A DNA stretch of 64,000 nucleotides, from NCBI GenBank assembly GCA_963780185.1, contig CAWABA010000006.1, positions 352,001 through 416,000 on the forward strand, in the 5' to 3' direction. The notes beneath the pieces are model-generated. The model had not been told where the DNA came from and ran no database searches. It saw only the letters and a list, made by a program, of their open reading frames with translations. The DNA comes from Candidatus Bathyarchaeota archaeon. GTDB lineage: Archaea > Thermoproteota > Bathyarchaeia > Bathyarchaeales > Bathycorpusculaceae. Of the stretch, positions 43,423-55,294 are shown piece by piece; position 1 is the stretch's first letter; each line of letters opens with the position of its first letter. A program made the position numbers and the translations under genes.

Positions 43423-43782
43423 GAAAAGGTCCTTTTACTCGGATTGGGAAACAGTGGTTTGCCCGTTTTAGAGCATGTGTCTAAGGTTTTTTTGAAGACC
43501 TCTGGATTCAACAATAACCAAAAACGGATTGCTTTTGCATTAGGAGGTTGGCTTACAGCGCTGCCTAATCTTAATTGTCCAGAACTCTTTGCGGATATGG
43601 CCGATGCGAAGGTTGGAATAGGTGATGCGTACCCACCTAAATGCGTAAAATCCCTTGAATTTTGCCAATCTATTGTCCCGTCTAAGAGAATCATCGCTTC
43701 ACAGATGCACACTGGACGAATCGTAGACTCATTGTTTCGAACCCGAAATAACGCAAACCAAACTCCGGTGAGGTGCAGGTAA
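43423..43782 (+). pseudogene. Probable truncated nucleotide-sugar dehydrogenase remnant
   Basis: MEKVLLLGLGNSGLP is a Rossmann GxGxxG start like UDP-sugar dehydrogenases, but the ORF is only ~120 aa. Confidence 0.35.
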
Positions 43783-45071
43783 TGCTGTCGATAAACCCGA
43801 AATCCAAGATTGTGCTAACTACAACGGTCACCATTGCGTCTCTGCTGATTATTTTGCTGGTGAGAGTTAACGGTTTTGTAGCTTCGCTGTTTCAGGTCTA
43901 TAGTGTATTGATGGTTTCGTTCTTAATCATTACAAGCGTTTTAACGGTGAGCTATAAGCCCATACCTGACAGGGGCTACAGACCTTCAGTATCTATAATT
44001 GTCCCCGCAAAGAATGAGGAAAAAGGAATAGTTGAAACCATAGATGCCCTGCTTCAAATTGATTACCCCCAGGATAAACTGGAAATCATCGTAGTTAACG
44101 ACGGAAGCACAGATAAAACGGCGGACGCCGTGCGAACATTGAATTCGCCAAGAGTTAAACTGCTGGATTTTAAGGAGAACCGTGGTAAACGGGCGGCTTT
44201 TGCTTCAGGCTTCTACGAGTCAAAGAATGACGTTGTGGTTTGCGTGGACAGTGACACTTTGCTTGATTCGCAAGCCATTACGCTGTTAATGCAGCCGTTC
44301 CAAGACAAAGAAGTCGTAAGCGTATGTGGTCATGGCAAAGCATCAAACATAAACAAGAACTTGCTCACCAAACTGCAGCATTTCTGGTACCAAGACATGT
44401 TCCGAGTAATCAAAGGCATGGAGTCACAGCTTGGCGCAGTCACTTGCTGCTCTGGAATTTTGGCGGGGTACCGCAGAGAAGCCATCGAACCCCTCATGAG
44501 CCGATGGTTAAGCGAAAAATTCATGGGCCGACCGATCCACATTGGCGACGACCGTCAACTCACGAATCTGGTGCTTTGGAAAGGTTTAGGGAATGAAAAA
44601 GACGCCACCAGAAACGCCAAAGTTGTTTACCAATCAAACGCTATAGCCTACACGCTTGTACCCGAGACGTACAAGCATTTCTTTAAGCAGCAACTGATGT
44701 GGAGCCGATCATGGGTTCACGGCACCATCCTGGCGAGCCGATTCATGTGGAAGAAGAAAATGCCGATCCCGCTGACGTTTTTCATCTACCAGTTTCTAAC
44801 CGTTATCTGCCCAGTAGTAATCATAAGTGCACTCATAATAACGCCTCTAACTGGGAACTTGCTGTCAGCGGTCTGGTTCCTGCTGGGAACAATTTACATA
44901 GGTTTCCTCAACGGCATCAACCTTTGGGCGTTCGGGTACAACCTTAAAGCTGTGTTTTATCGGTCGCTGTTTGTGTTTCTTTCGTTTTTCCTCAGCATAA
45001 CCATTCTGCTGTATGCTTGGGCTACGCCTTGGAAAGGCGGTTGGGTAACGCGAGGTGACAAGAAGAAATGA
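43773..45071 (+). CDS. Processive GT2 synthase, hyaluronan synthase/NodC/IcaA-like
   Basis: VPAKNE, VNDGS, NRGKR, CVDSD, CCSG, IGDDRQLTN, QQLMWSRSW (QxxRW position), C-terminal TMs ending GWVTR. Confidence 0.85.
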   Translation: MQVMLSINPKSKIVLTTTVTIASLLIILLVRVNGFVASLFQVYSVLMVSFLIITSVLTVSYKPIPDRGYRPSVSIIVPAKNEEKGIVETIDALLQIDYPQDKLEIIVVNDGSTDKTADAVRTLNSPRVKLLDFKENRGKRAAFASGFYESKNDVVVCVDSDTLLDSQAITLLMQPFQDKEVVSVCGHGKASNINKNLLTKLQHFWYQDMFRVIKGMESQLGAVTCCSGILAGYRREAIEPLMSRWLSEKFMGRPIHIGDDRQLTNLVLWKGLGNEKDATRNAKVVYQSNAIAYTLVPETYKHFFKQQLMWSRSWVHGTILASRFMWKKKMPIPLTFFIYQFLTVICPVVIISALIITPLTGNLLSAVWFLLGTIYIGFLNGINLWAFGYNLKAVFYRSLFVFLSFFLSITILLYAWATPWKGGWVTRGDKKK

Positions 45072-45907
45072 GCAAACTAGTAGTGAGCAACAAAATAGCT
45101 GCTTTCGTCATAATCATGCTTTTTGCGCCAATTGGTGTAGCTTACGGGTTACGCAATTTTGGCCAAGCGACAACGCCTGCACGAGCTAACGACAACATAA
45201 ACTACGTTTACCAATTAAACACTCCGCAAGGAGGGCAAAAGGTGGTCTGTATCGTTTTCGATGATGGCTGGCAGAGCCAATACGACAATGCGCTTCCCAT
45301 CTTGAACAATTTCGGGTACAAGGCAAGCTTTGCAATAATAACCAGTTACGTGGGAACGGCATGGGGCAACAGTGAAGGCTTGTCATACATGAGCTGGAAT
45401 GAAATAGTGAAGTTAGCAGATGAAGGCAACGATATAGAAAGCCACACATATAGTCATCCGAACTTGGCGACGCTCCCCATCAGCTCAATCGAGTATCAAC
45501 TTAAACAGAGCCAACTAAACTTGAAAGCGCATGGAATCAACGCGTCTATCTTGGTTTACCCCGATGGAGGCGGAGCAGGAAACGCTACCGTTGAAGCTCT
45601 TGCACAGCAATACTACGTTGCGGCACGAGGCATCAGTCCCAGAGCCCTGAATATGTCTCAGCCATTCGACAGATACAATTTGCCAGCTTACACAATGGAA
45701 AAAACCACTTCTCTCAGCAACTTTGAAGACATCGTCAACACCGCAGGCAATTCAACCGTAGTTATCCTATTCTATCACAAAATCGATAACGAAAACTTTG
45801 ACACCGCCATAACTCCAGAAGCCTTTACCGCGCAGATGCAATATCTAAAAGACAGCAACTTTACCGTGGAAACAATGAAACAGCTTTTCATAACAACCAG
45901 CCCTTAA
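45068..45907 (+). CDS. Membrane-anchored polysaccharide deacetylase (CE4, NodB/IcaB-like)
   Basis: FDDG, MSW..I..L, ESHTYSHPNL, YPDG, LFYH; N-terminal TM; ATGA overlap with the GT2 gene. Confidence 0.9.
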   Translation: MSKLVVSNKIAAFVIIMLFAPIGVAYGLRNFGQATTPARANDNINYVYQLNTPQGGQKVVCIVFDDGWQSQYDNALPILNNFGYKASFAIITSYVGTAWGNSEGLSYMSWNEIVKLADEGNDIESHTYSHPNLATLPISSIEYQLKQSQLNLKAHGINASILVYPDGGGAGNATVEALAQQYYVAARGISPRALNMSQPFDRYNLPAYTMEKTTSLSNFEDIVNTAGNSTVVILFYHKIDNENFDTAITPEAFTAQMQYLKDSNFTVETMKQLFITTSP

Positions 45908-46263
45908 AACCCCATTTTTCTTCCCAAAGATAATTTCTTTTTCTTTTTTATTCTCCTCGACAGTCTTGTACTCATTCTTTTGGTTGCAGTCGCCGTTATA
46001 GTGCCGATTGCAGCGGTTAAAAAAAATAATTCTTCGCCTGAAAGGCAACAGGGCAATGTGGAATCCACGTGAAACAAGCGGTTTTGGGTAGTCATGGGGG
46101 TTTACCTTTTTTTAAGCTTGATCGCTTGAATGAGTGCATATGTTCTTTTGATAGTTTGTTTAGAGTTTATGGGAAATCCTTAAGAAAGGCGCCGCAAACG
46201 GCAACTGTTATGATTACCCGAGAAATGTAGGTTCGCAAAGTTTGGTCGTTAAGGCTGGATTGA

Positions 46264-49200
46264 ATGGCAAGGTCATTTTTTGATTTATTGAATCATTTTA
46301 TTCGTAGACGTTACAAGTGGGTTATAGCCGTTTGGGTAGTTGCAGTTGTGCTTTCGCTTTTCCTTATCCCAAGCTTCTTCTCATCCGTCTCCTACGACTT
46401 GACCGGCGGCTTTGGGGCTCCATCCAACACTATGTCAGCTAAAGCAGCCAACATAGTTCGAACAGAGTTTCCTGCTGGGAACGGCAGCGACGCCAGCATT
46501 CTTATTGTTATTGAGAACGCTTCGGTGTATTCGGATGCTCTGCGGCAGGTTGTTCTGGCGCTTAACCAAAGCTTGTTTGAGGATTCAAGCGTCGGCAACT
46601 ACACGGGTGAACAAAGCCTTTACTCAACTGAAGCAAGCGTTCTCAACGGCTCTTTGCCCGCCATAATTAATGAAACAGCCGCCCTTCAATCAAGCATAAT
46701 CGTGATTAACCAAGGCTTATTTGCTTTAACGGGTAACCTGTCATCGCTTAGCCAAAACCTGTTCCAGATGCAGGACGGCATTAACCAAACAGCCCAGCTA
46801 GTCTGGGGGATTCCAGCAGCATACGTTAACGTTTGGCAAGGCGTATCAACGCAGCTCACGGGGGTTGGAGACACAAATCCCTATGACGCAAACTCGGCAG
46901 CTAATACAAACACATTGAGCGTAACCTCCAATTTTGGAGGCGACGCCGAGTCCATCGGCTACTACACTGCTTTCTTCAATGCTTGGAACGCTAGCTACTT
47001 GGCACTTCCAGCCAGCACTTCAGTGCCCAACAGGGAAGCCTTCGCCGTCGGCCAAGCAGTCACAGGGTTTCTGGCTAACATACATGATGCTCAAACAAGC
47101 CAAATGATTGGGCTTGTCGCTTCAGGCTTAAACGCCGCAACCTGGACCCAGAACACGGCAATTGAGAATTTAACAATTACCAGCATGATTTCAAGTATTC
47201 CGTCAAGCCTCGCATCTTCACTGGGCGCCTCACCCGCAAGCGTCGTGAATGAACTATACAGTTTCGGGCAATCGCCTTCAAACGTGACCATTGGAAACTA
47301 CGCCATTTCTCTTTTAGAGACAAGCTACAGCAACCTGACTGCGGCAGACTCAGGCTTTTCTGTTTCTGACCTTATGCACTCAGCCTACGACCTCGGTTCA
47401 TCGCCTACCAACAGCGCAAACATGGCAGACTAGCCTGCGAATTAACATCAAACGCCACCCAAAGCGCCTTCGCCCAGTCTCCGCTCTTCTCCGTGAACAG
47501 CGCCTCGCTCAATAGTCTTCTCGCATCGCTTTCGCCAAATGCAACAGCCAGTGACATAAACCGAGCCATCGACAACGAAATTGCTACTCAACCATACACA
47601 AACTACCCGTTTGCGCTAACCTCTGCGTTAACAGGCAACTTCGTTAACTCGCAAAACAACACCATGATGATTGTCCTCAGTTTCTCCTCCAAACCAGACG
47701 ACAACACAATCGCGAACGTGCGAACCGCCGTGCAAAATTCGGGCCTGCAAAACTACGGAACCGTCTACGTGACTGGCGGTTCAGTTTTGGCTTCAGACGT
47801 CGCAAAAGCCTTCTTGCCCGCCTTAGAAATCACTGTTGGACCCGGGCATAGCCATTTCACTATTGATTGTCGGCTTGCTCTTTTTGGCGCCGCTGGCGGC
47901 TTTCATTCCAGTTCTACTGGGCGGCGTTTCGATTTCCGTCGCGCTCGCCTCAATTTACGAAGGATTCGTGAAGATTGGTCATGGAAGCCTCACTTTCCTC
48001 ACTCCAACTTGACCATCCTGCTGATGCTGGGTTTAGCTGTGGACTACTCGGTTCTGCAGCTTAGACGCACAAGGGAAGAGCGGCTCAAAGGCAAATCAAT
48101 CGAAGAAAGCGTAGGCATCTCGATTAAATGGGCGGGTCAAGCCGTATTAACGGCGGGCATAACCGTTATTGTCGCCTACATCGTTATGGCAGTCGCCAAC
48201 GTTCCTATCTTCAGCGATGTTGGAACTGCAATAGCGCTCGGTGTCGCAATTTTGCTCACGGCATCTTTGACGTTGCTGCCTGCTCTTGAAATTGCGTTAG
48301 GTGACAGGATTTTCTGGCCAGGACTGAATGGGAAAAGCAAAGCAAACTCTGACCCGAACAAAAACGGCTGCGACGTTTAGCCCATGATATCCTCAAGCGA
48401 AAAGTCCCTATCGTAGTAATCATCAGCATAATAGCGTTGAGCGCCTTCATAGTCATGTATAACACTCCGACAAGCGAGGAATTCCTGAAGCTGATTCCGA
48501 ACTTCCAAAGCAACCAGGGACTCACAGCTTTAGCGAACGAGTTTGGAAGCGGAACCTTAACGCCGACAACCATCATTATAACAGACTCCCACTCCGATAA
48601 CGTATGGGGATAACCAGTTTAACCAGACTCTGCTTAACCAGATTGAAGAAGTCACGTCTGCCGCCGCAGGCTTCCAGCAGGCGTCTCATCTGCTTCAAGC
48701 ATAACTAGACCATACGGGCACGCACTTCAGCTATGCTCACAGTTGAAAACATGTCTCTGCCAATCCAGCAGCAGTATGAAAGCCAGATGTTTTCAACCAT
48801 CGGCAAAGACAACAAAACCGCAGTTGTCACCGTAAGCTTTGACAGATTCAGGTTGGAGCCCCGCCGCCATCAAAGCGCTAACAGGGAATGGAAAAGAACA
48901 TCGGCCAACTGTCTCTTATGCAAGGAGTAAGCATTTACTATGGCGGAGAAACCAAGTCCACTTCTGACAGCCAAGCATTCATGGGAAACCTGATTCCTGA
49001 AGTCGTCGCAATTCTTGCAGCGGCAGTCTACGTGATTCTGTTCTTCCAGTTGAAATCAGCATTCACACCTGTACGTTTGATCGTCACGATTCTCTGCAGC
49101 GTCGTATGCTCATTAGCAATCATTTCCTTCATTTTCTACTATGCCCTGAACCTTCCCATCCTTGACTTCGCGCCGCTTTTCGTGGTAGTAACCATGCTGG

Positions 49201-49544
49201 GCGTCGGAATCGACTACGACATATTCTTCATAACCCGAATCAGAGAAGAAGTCCTCAACGGAAAAACAGATAACGAAGCAATAGTAGAAGCAATCGACAA
49301 AGTCTGGGTTACCATCGTCGGCTTAGGTCTCGTGCTTGCAACAGTCTTCCTGTCACTGCTGGTAACAAACATCGCTGTTCTCGAAGAAATCGCGCTTGCA
49401 GTCGCCGCAGCCATCCTTATCGACGTAACCATCGTAATCCTCTTCTTCGTGCCGTCGCTGATGGGTTTAGCGCAGAAATGGAACTGGTGGCCCTACAGGT
49501 TCACCAGAAGCAAGAAGACCGAAAAACAAACGGGAAAAAGCTAA
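46264..49544 (+). CDS. MMPL/RND-family transporter with large extracellular insertion (several frameshifts)
   Basis: YVTGG, GLAVDYS..RRTREE, TLLPA in the first half; GVGIDYDIFFITRIREE, FFVPSLM...WNWWP in the second half. Confidence 0.85.
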
Positions 49545-49562
49545 GCAGGTTTTCTTGGTTGC

Positions 49563-50201
49563 CTACCCTTTAGAAGCGGGGCAGTCGCCTGCAATTTTTT
49601 CGCCTTTCGGCATAATTATTCCGTCGTTTGGGGCTCCGTAAGTTACGGCTTTTCCTTCCAGAAATAGTTTACCCACGTACGCGCAGGTTACAGCGTCAAG
49701 CTCATGGTCGCTTAACTGGTTTTTCAACCCTTTTATGCCTAAATTCTCCAATCCAGCTTTTAGTTTTTCGAGTCCTTTCTGTTTTCGCGGTATACCCAGA
49801 ACATCTTGGGCGCCGCCTGGATAAGCCTCAACTGCAACTAAGCTCTCAGCTTCCAATGTGTGTCTTAGGTTTATTCCGCGTTGAGTCAGTTTTCTCATAG
49901 GTCCCAGGGTAACTGGGAAAAATTTGATGTGCCTTTTCAAGAGTTCCCTGTCGCATTCTCTAAGGTGAACACCTGTTCTTTCTTCAAGCGTTTTCCTTCC
50001 AGGAGGCAGACTTAACGGCGCGTCAATTGCCACGAGGGCGGGCTGGATTTCTCTGATTTTTAGGAGGATTTCGGCGTCTGTGTACATCAGGGAGGTTTCA
50101 GCGTTCATCACTGTAAGCAAGCAGAAACCTGTTGGTCTGTGTTCGACGCCTGCCAAGTCTAAGCCTACAATCTTCATTACTTCTTCAAGCCTTAGCTTCA
50201 T
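49563..50201 (-). CDS. DUF429 family (RNase H-like predicted nuclease)
   Basis: VGLDLAG, AIDAPLSLP, RECDREL, EAYPG, HELDA. Confidence 0.85.
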   Translation of the reverse strand: MKLRLEEVMKIVGLDLAGVEHRPTGFCLLTVMNAETSLMYTDAEILLKIREIQPALVAIDAPLSLPPGRKTLEERTGVHLRECDRELLKRHIKFFPVTLGPMRKLTQRGINLRHTLEAESLVAVEAYPGGAQDVLGIPRKQKGLEKLKAGLENLGIKGLKNQLSDHELDAVTCAYVGKLFLEGKAVTYGAPNDGIIMPKGEKIAGDCPASKG

Positions 50202-50431
50202 CGGTTGAAACTTATAATTCTTTTACAATGCTTCAGTTTTCAGCGACCATTTTGTCTTTTTAGACTTTTTCGCGCCCCGCAATGTAACGAGTTAGCGCTG
50301 TTTTTTCCAGTAAAACGATTACATTCTCCATGTTTTTAACGTTAAAAGAAGCCTTTTTAGGCATTTTTTCGTGCATCAACCGCAAGTGTTTTATGCTGAT
50401 TCATATGATAACATTTCAGACAGGGATAATT

Positions 50432-50596
50432 ATGGCAAAATGTCCAACATGTGGAAAAGAAGTCAAAAACGCAACAAAGACTTGGAAGATGGCTGGCAAA
50501 CCCGACAAGAAAGGCAAACGCACGCAACTAACGATAGCTCTTTACAAATGCTGCGACAAAACCTTCCGAGAAGTCATAGATAAGAAAAAGATCTAA
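50432..50596 (+). CDS. Cren7-like small chromatin protein with Cys (zinc-ribbon) residues
   Basis: MAKCPTCGKEV...KTWKMAG...LTIALYKCCDKTFRE aligns with the Cren7 pattern K.W.L...IGLF.....FR; 54 aa, very basic. Confidence 0.65.
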   Translation: MAKCPTCGKEVKNATKTWKMAGKPDKKGKRTQLTIALYKCCDKTFREVIDKKKI

Positions 50597-50751
50597 ACGG
50601 CAGCTTCCAACTTTCCTTTTTTTATCTTATTTTTCTTTTTTACATCCTGTCATGTTGAGTCAAATTTTTGTGACTATGGCTGACATTTTCAGGCGGTGGC
50701 TTGTTTGAGGCTCTGATTTGTGGCTGATAAGTAGCAACAACAAATGTTTAA

Positions 50752-51120
50752 TTGCGGTTGCGCGTCAATATTTTTTTAGGAGAAGAAGGAGAAACGTCTT
50801 TTTATAAGAAACGGGACCACATTCAGATCATAGCAGACATCTTAAGTGTATGCAAAAGTCCCCAAACCCAAAGCGGCATCCGACGCCAAACATATGTTTC
50901 TTACGGCGTGCTTCAAAACTGCCTCAAACAGCTGCAGACGCGGCACTGGCTCGAACAAACAGAAGCAGACGGCGGACAAAAAAAATTGACGACCACTCAA
51001 AAAGGCATGATTTTCCTGCAAAAATATGTGGAAATACAGGAACTGATGGGACTCAAAGGCAAATACGGGCTAAAGATGGCTGCTTTCCCAACCCAAATGA
51101 TCTTGGCTCAATCAAAATAA
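50752..51120 (+). CDS. Winged-helix (archaeal HTH_45-like) transcriptional regulator
   Basis: KRDHIQIIADIL...L...TTQKG..FL. Confidence 0.7.
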   Translation: MRLRVNIFLGEEGETSFYKKRDHIQIIADILSVCKSPQTQSGIRRQTYVSYGVLQNCLKQLQTRHWLEQTEADGGQKKLTTTQKGMIFLQKYVEIQELMGLKGKYGLKMAAFPTQMILAQSK

Positions 51121-51129
51121 AAACGATTT

Positions 51130-51808
51130 CTAAGGTTTGCTAGTTATTAGAGTGCAAATCGTCTGTTTCCCATTTAAGATTGCCTCGACCCGAGGCGGAT
51201 GGAGCCCGTTAACCACAAAGCATTCAACCTGCGACTGCAAAAGCAGCTTAGGCAGAAACCTGTCTACGCTCGTCCGCCCGCCCATTTCTGCAAGGTTGCG
51301 GGCAGACAATTTTTTAATCAATTTTGTTTCTGAAAACTTTTTTGGGTCACAATTGTAGATGCCGTCAACGTCAGTCACCAAAATGACTCTGGGCAGGTGC
51401 AAGTTTGCCTGCAATGTAAACGGTGACGGAGTCAGAAGTCACGTCCCACGAGTTCTCAAGCGCATCATCGGAAAATAAAGATGAGGCAGGCAAAAAAACA
51501 GGCAGCTTACCTGAATCCAAGGATTCCTGCACGGATTCAAGCGTGTCTGCAACTCGGGAGTTGGGCAGCAAGTTAGAGAGCAGCAAACCATACTGGTCCA
51601 TGCCTAAAAGTGCCATGCGATGTGCGGCTTGGGGCGACAAGCCGAAACGCGAATCCAAAGTTCGGACTGCATCAGCAAATTCCCCGCCGCCGGGCACAAC
51701 AATTAACCTGTGCGTCTGCGATAAACTCGCCAATTTTGCGCATAAGGCTCTTAGTTTTTCTGGCTGCAATGCAAGGCTGCCGCCGACTTTAACGATTACC
51801 GCGTCCAA
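51130..51808 (-). CDS. mfnE: Amino-acid-kinase family furan-phosphate kinase, MfnE-like (frameshift near 51410)
   Basis: VKVGGSL, VVPGGGEFADAVR, AHRMA, SWDVTSDS, TDVDG, SVDRFLP; lies in the mfn cluster. Confidence 0.75.
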
Positions 51809-52869
51809 CTGACTGTTTCTCCTTCAAGCTTGTTGGCAGCCATCAAGGCGACGGCGAACGCGGGTGTAGCGATGGAAACATCGATTCGGCGTTAACGTTG
51901 CCAAATCAACAATGGATTCCACTCCGATTTCTTCAGCGGCTTTTCTTGCAATGAAAATCCTTCCCAAGCCCAGTGACCACAACGGGAACTTCGTTTGCCG
52001 CCTGCGCTTTCACGTAAGCGTAGACTTTGGCTAAGCCCTCAGCAACCTGCATAACTTGCTTATCGTAGATGTACTTTGCCATGGCGACGATTTCGTAAGC
52101 TGTCAGCATTTCTGTGTCGGCGCAGACTACTCTAGCAAGCCGCGCAAAGGCTTCAGGCATGGTTTTGCCTCGTCCATCCGCGGTTTCGCAGGTGTACTGC
52201 TTCTCGGTGATGTTGCCTAAAACAAGGTGGACGTCAGCGGACTGGGCGAACAACTCAGACGCGACGCCTGCCACGCCGCTTTTGATGGGGACCGACTGGA
52301 CAACTGCGGCGACATTTGTTCTTAGGCTTCCCGTGTAAACCAGCTCTCCGCACATGAGCTTGTCCAAATCCGTCTTGCCCTCAGCAGCCACTTTCCCAGC
52401 CAAGATCGGGAATTATGCTGGCGCTTGTGCTCCCCACATCAACCACCACGCAGTCCGCAACCCGCTGAGCAACCAACCAGCCTGTTGCAGCCCAATTAGC
52501 CGCGGCTACCCCAAGCGGCGCCAATTCTGCCTCGTCGGTCGACTCCAACTCTGCATCGCTGTTAAAACATGAATTGGCGTGTTAGGAAACGTTTTTTTTA
52601 CGGCGGCTAAAATTTGGTGTACTCCTTCGCGTTTGGTTTGGTATGCATCGGATAGCTCTGCGGTCATGGTTACGCCTACGCCGTCAAGTCTGCTCGGCGC
52701 CCAGTCGCTGCTTTAGCGTTAAAAGAACATTGGCGAGTTTTTCAGGTTCCTTCCAAACTGGGAAATACTCGACAGCCAGCTTGGCTTCTTTCAGCTTGCC
52801 TTTTTGCGTCTGTAGCAAAGCGGCTTTAGTGTTGACTCCGCCGATGTCAAACCCCAGCACATTTGCCAA
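51796..52869 (-). CDS. mfnF: Hydantoinase A-like furan-tyramine coupling enzyme, MfnF-like (several frameshifts)
   Basis: GFDIGGVNTK, YFPVWK, TMTAELSD, ANW, ELVYTGSLRT, ELFA..ADV, ARVVCAD, VVTGLG. Confidence 0.8.
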
Positions 52870-52870
52870 A

Positions 52871-54101
52871 CTATTTTCCCCTCCAGATAATGTTGAGAAG
52901 CCGCTTTTTAGCTTCTTCGAACCGCAACTCCGCTTCAGACATGGATTCGCCTTTTCCAGCAACCAACGAAATCGCTTCCGAGTTGCCGTCCAGCGGGAAA
53001 GGAGGCGAAACAACCCCGTCTAATTGGCGGCTTTCTGGAAAGCGCTGATTGAAGGTTTGGAAACCTTAACTTTTGAAAAGTAAACGGCACCCTTGTTTTC
53101 CTGCCGATCGGGAAGCTTGTTCTTCAAGACGGCGTTCATCATTGCTTCAGCCACGTTGAAGCCTGCAGCCCCGCTTAAACCGACATAAGATGTCGTTAAT
53201 CGAGGATTAACATCTATCACAAACGGCTTATCCTCTGCCAAAACCAAGTCGACGCCGACGTAGCCGCGCAAACCAGAAAAAGACGCCTCCACCTTTTCCG
53301 CCGCCTCGAAAGCTTTCTGCTTTCAGTGGATGGTCAAATGGAACAACGCCTCCTTGGTAGCTTGAGGTTGCGTCTGGTTTGGCGAGATGGATGTTTTGCT
53401 TGTTTAAGCTGATTGCCAAAGCTTTGGTGTCCGTGCATAGGAGGCTAACGCTCACGGCTTCGCCGCGGACAAATTCCTGCGCAACAAAGTTTTTTGAGAC
53501 GATGCAGCCTTTATTTTGTCGATGGCCGTTTCTATTTGGCTTCGTTTTGGATTTTGCTTAATCCGCCGCAGCTGACGCCGTCCGAGGGTTTAAAGACCAC
53601 AGGGTAGGTCAGCTTGTTTTTGATTTCGTTCTTAATTTTCGTCTACGTCATCGTTGAGTTAAAAGTCAACGTTTCAGGCGTGTTTAGCCCGTTGTTTTTC
53701 AGGGTTTCGTGAAAGTCGATTTGTCCGCGACCTGTCGGATGGCTTCTGGCTTCACAGTTAAGCGAAAGCTTACCTGTCTTCCCGACGAGCGTGACGAGCG
53801 ATTGGAGGGTTTGCCCCGTTTCAGGTGCAATAACGTAAACGGCGTCGTTGATTTTGGCGGCGTACGAAAGGATTTTTTCGGCTTCTTGCGCATGAAAAAC
53901 GGGTAGATGCAATCCGCGGCAATCGGTGGATTCAGTTTTGAGATGCGTTCATCCAGAAGAACGGTTACTTCGTGTCCTGCAGCTTTGAAATCCTCGGTGA
54001 GGCACCGCAGCATCCCGTATCCTTCGGATAAAACGCTCGGATCCAACGGTTGCCCTGCGACATCCGCCGCCTGACATGTACTCGTAAACCAGGATTTTCA
54101 A
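52871..54101 (-). CDS. mfnD: ATP-grasp tyramine--L-glutamate ligase, MfnD-like (several frameshifts)
   Basis: MKILVYEY.SGG, EGYGML, VIAPE, SVSL...SLNKQ, YQGG, GYVGVDLV...DVNPRLTTSY. Confidence 0.8.
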
Positions 54102-55290
54102 GTGCAGTACCTTTTAGATTCGATGGAAACCACGCGTCTCCTTAAAGCTTTTCGATTCGCCGCGGCGTCTTTCAAGAAAGCCAAGGCAAACCGCCTCTTC
54201 ACATGCGGCATGACGACGATTCTTATGCAGTCGTAGCGTGGCACGTAGGAGACAAACCAGCCTTGCCGCCGAAGCTTCTCCGCCAAACGTTTTGTGCCGC
54301 CGCTGCTGCGGAACGCCACCATGTTAAGTGTCGGCTTCACGACAAGTTTGAAACCTGCATCTGTCAGCCCGTCAGCCAAAAGCCAAGTGGTTTTCATGCA
54401 TTTCGCCACGATTTCCCTGTAGCCTTCCATGCCAGAGCGACCTGAAAGCTGCCCACGCCGAAGCCGCCGCGGCGCCTGAGCGGGTTCCCACAAACGTGTA
54501 CTGGTACCTGTCAGTTAAGTAAGGCGTTTCAGTCCGAAGACAATCCAACGCATTCCTGATGTCTGAAAATGATTCCGCCCGCTGGAATCGCCGCCATCCC
54601 CATCTTGTGCGGGTCAACCGTCATCGATTCCACGGCTTCCAACGCGAAATCAAACGGCGGCTGAGCGTCGGCGAGGAACGGAATGACTAAGCCTCCGAAG
54701 GCGGCGTCAACATGCAGCCAAACCTTGCGGCGGGCGCGATTCGTGAAAGCGCCTCAATCGGGTCGACGACGCCCAACTCCGAAGTTCCCGCCGTCCCAAC
54801 GATGGCAACGGTGTTTTCGCTTACGCATTTCTTCAACTTGTGCGGGGTCAACTCTGAAAGAGCTGTCTAAGCCCCGCGTAAACGGGTTTGAGGTTGAGCA
54901 TGCTGCAGATTTTTGTGAATGAGAAATGAGCCGATTCGGGCAGAACCACTTCAGGAGCGTCTTATGTGCGCGCTGTTTCTTGCCGCCAAAAGCGCCATCA
55001 AATTCGCTTCGGTTCCGCCAGAAACAACGTGCCCAACGCAGTTTTCGCCGTGAAGAAGCGCCGCCAATTCACGCAACGACTTCTTGTTCAAGCTGGACGC
55101 TTCCCGGGAAAAAGCCCTGGGTCGCCTAAGTTAGAGTTTAAAAAAAGCCTGTAAGCCTTCTCCGCCGTCGGATGAGGCTTTGTGCACATGGAACACAAGG
55201 ATTTTGCCGTCATTCATACCGCTGGTCGAGTCGGCGCCTTTTTTTAAGTTCAGCCAGCACCTGCTTTCTGCTTAAGCCGTGGGCACGCAA
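54098..55290 (-). CDS. mfnA: PLP-dependent tyrosine/aspartate decarboxylase, MfnA-like (several frameshifts)
   Basis: [35 protein letters not shown] (PLP Lys), [14 protein letters not shown]. Confidence 0.85.
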
Positions 55291-55294
55291 ATTT

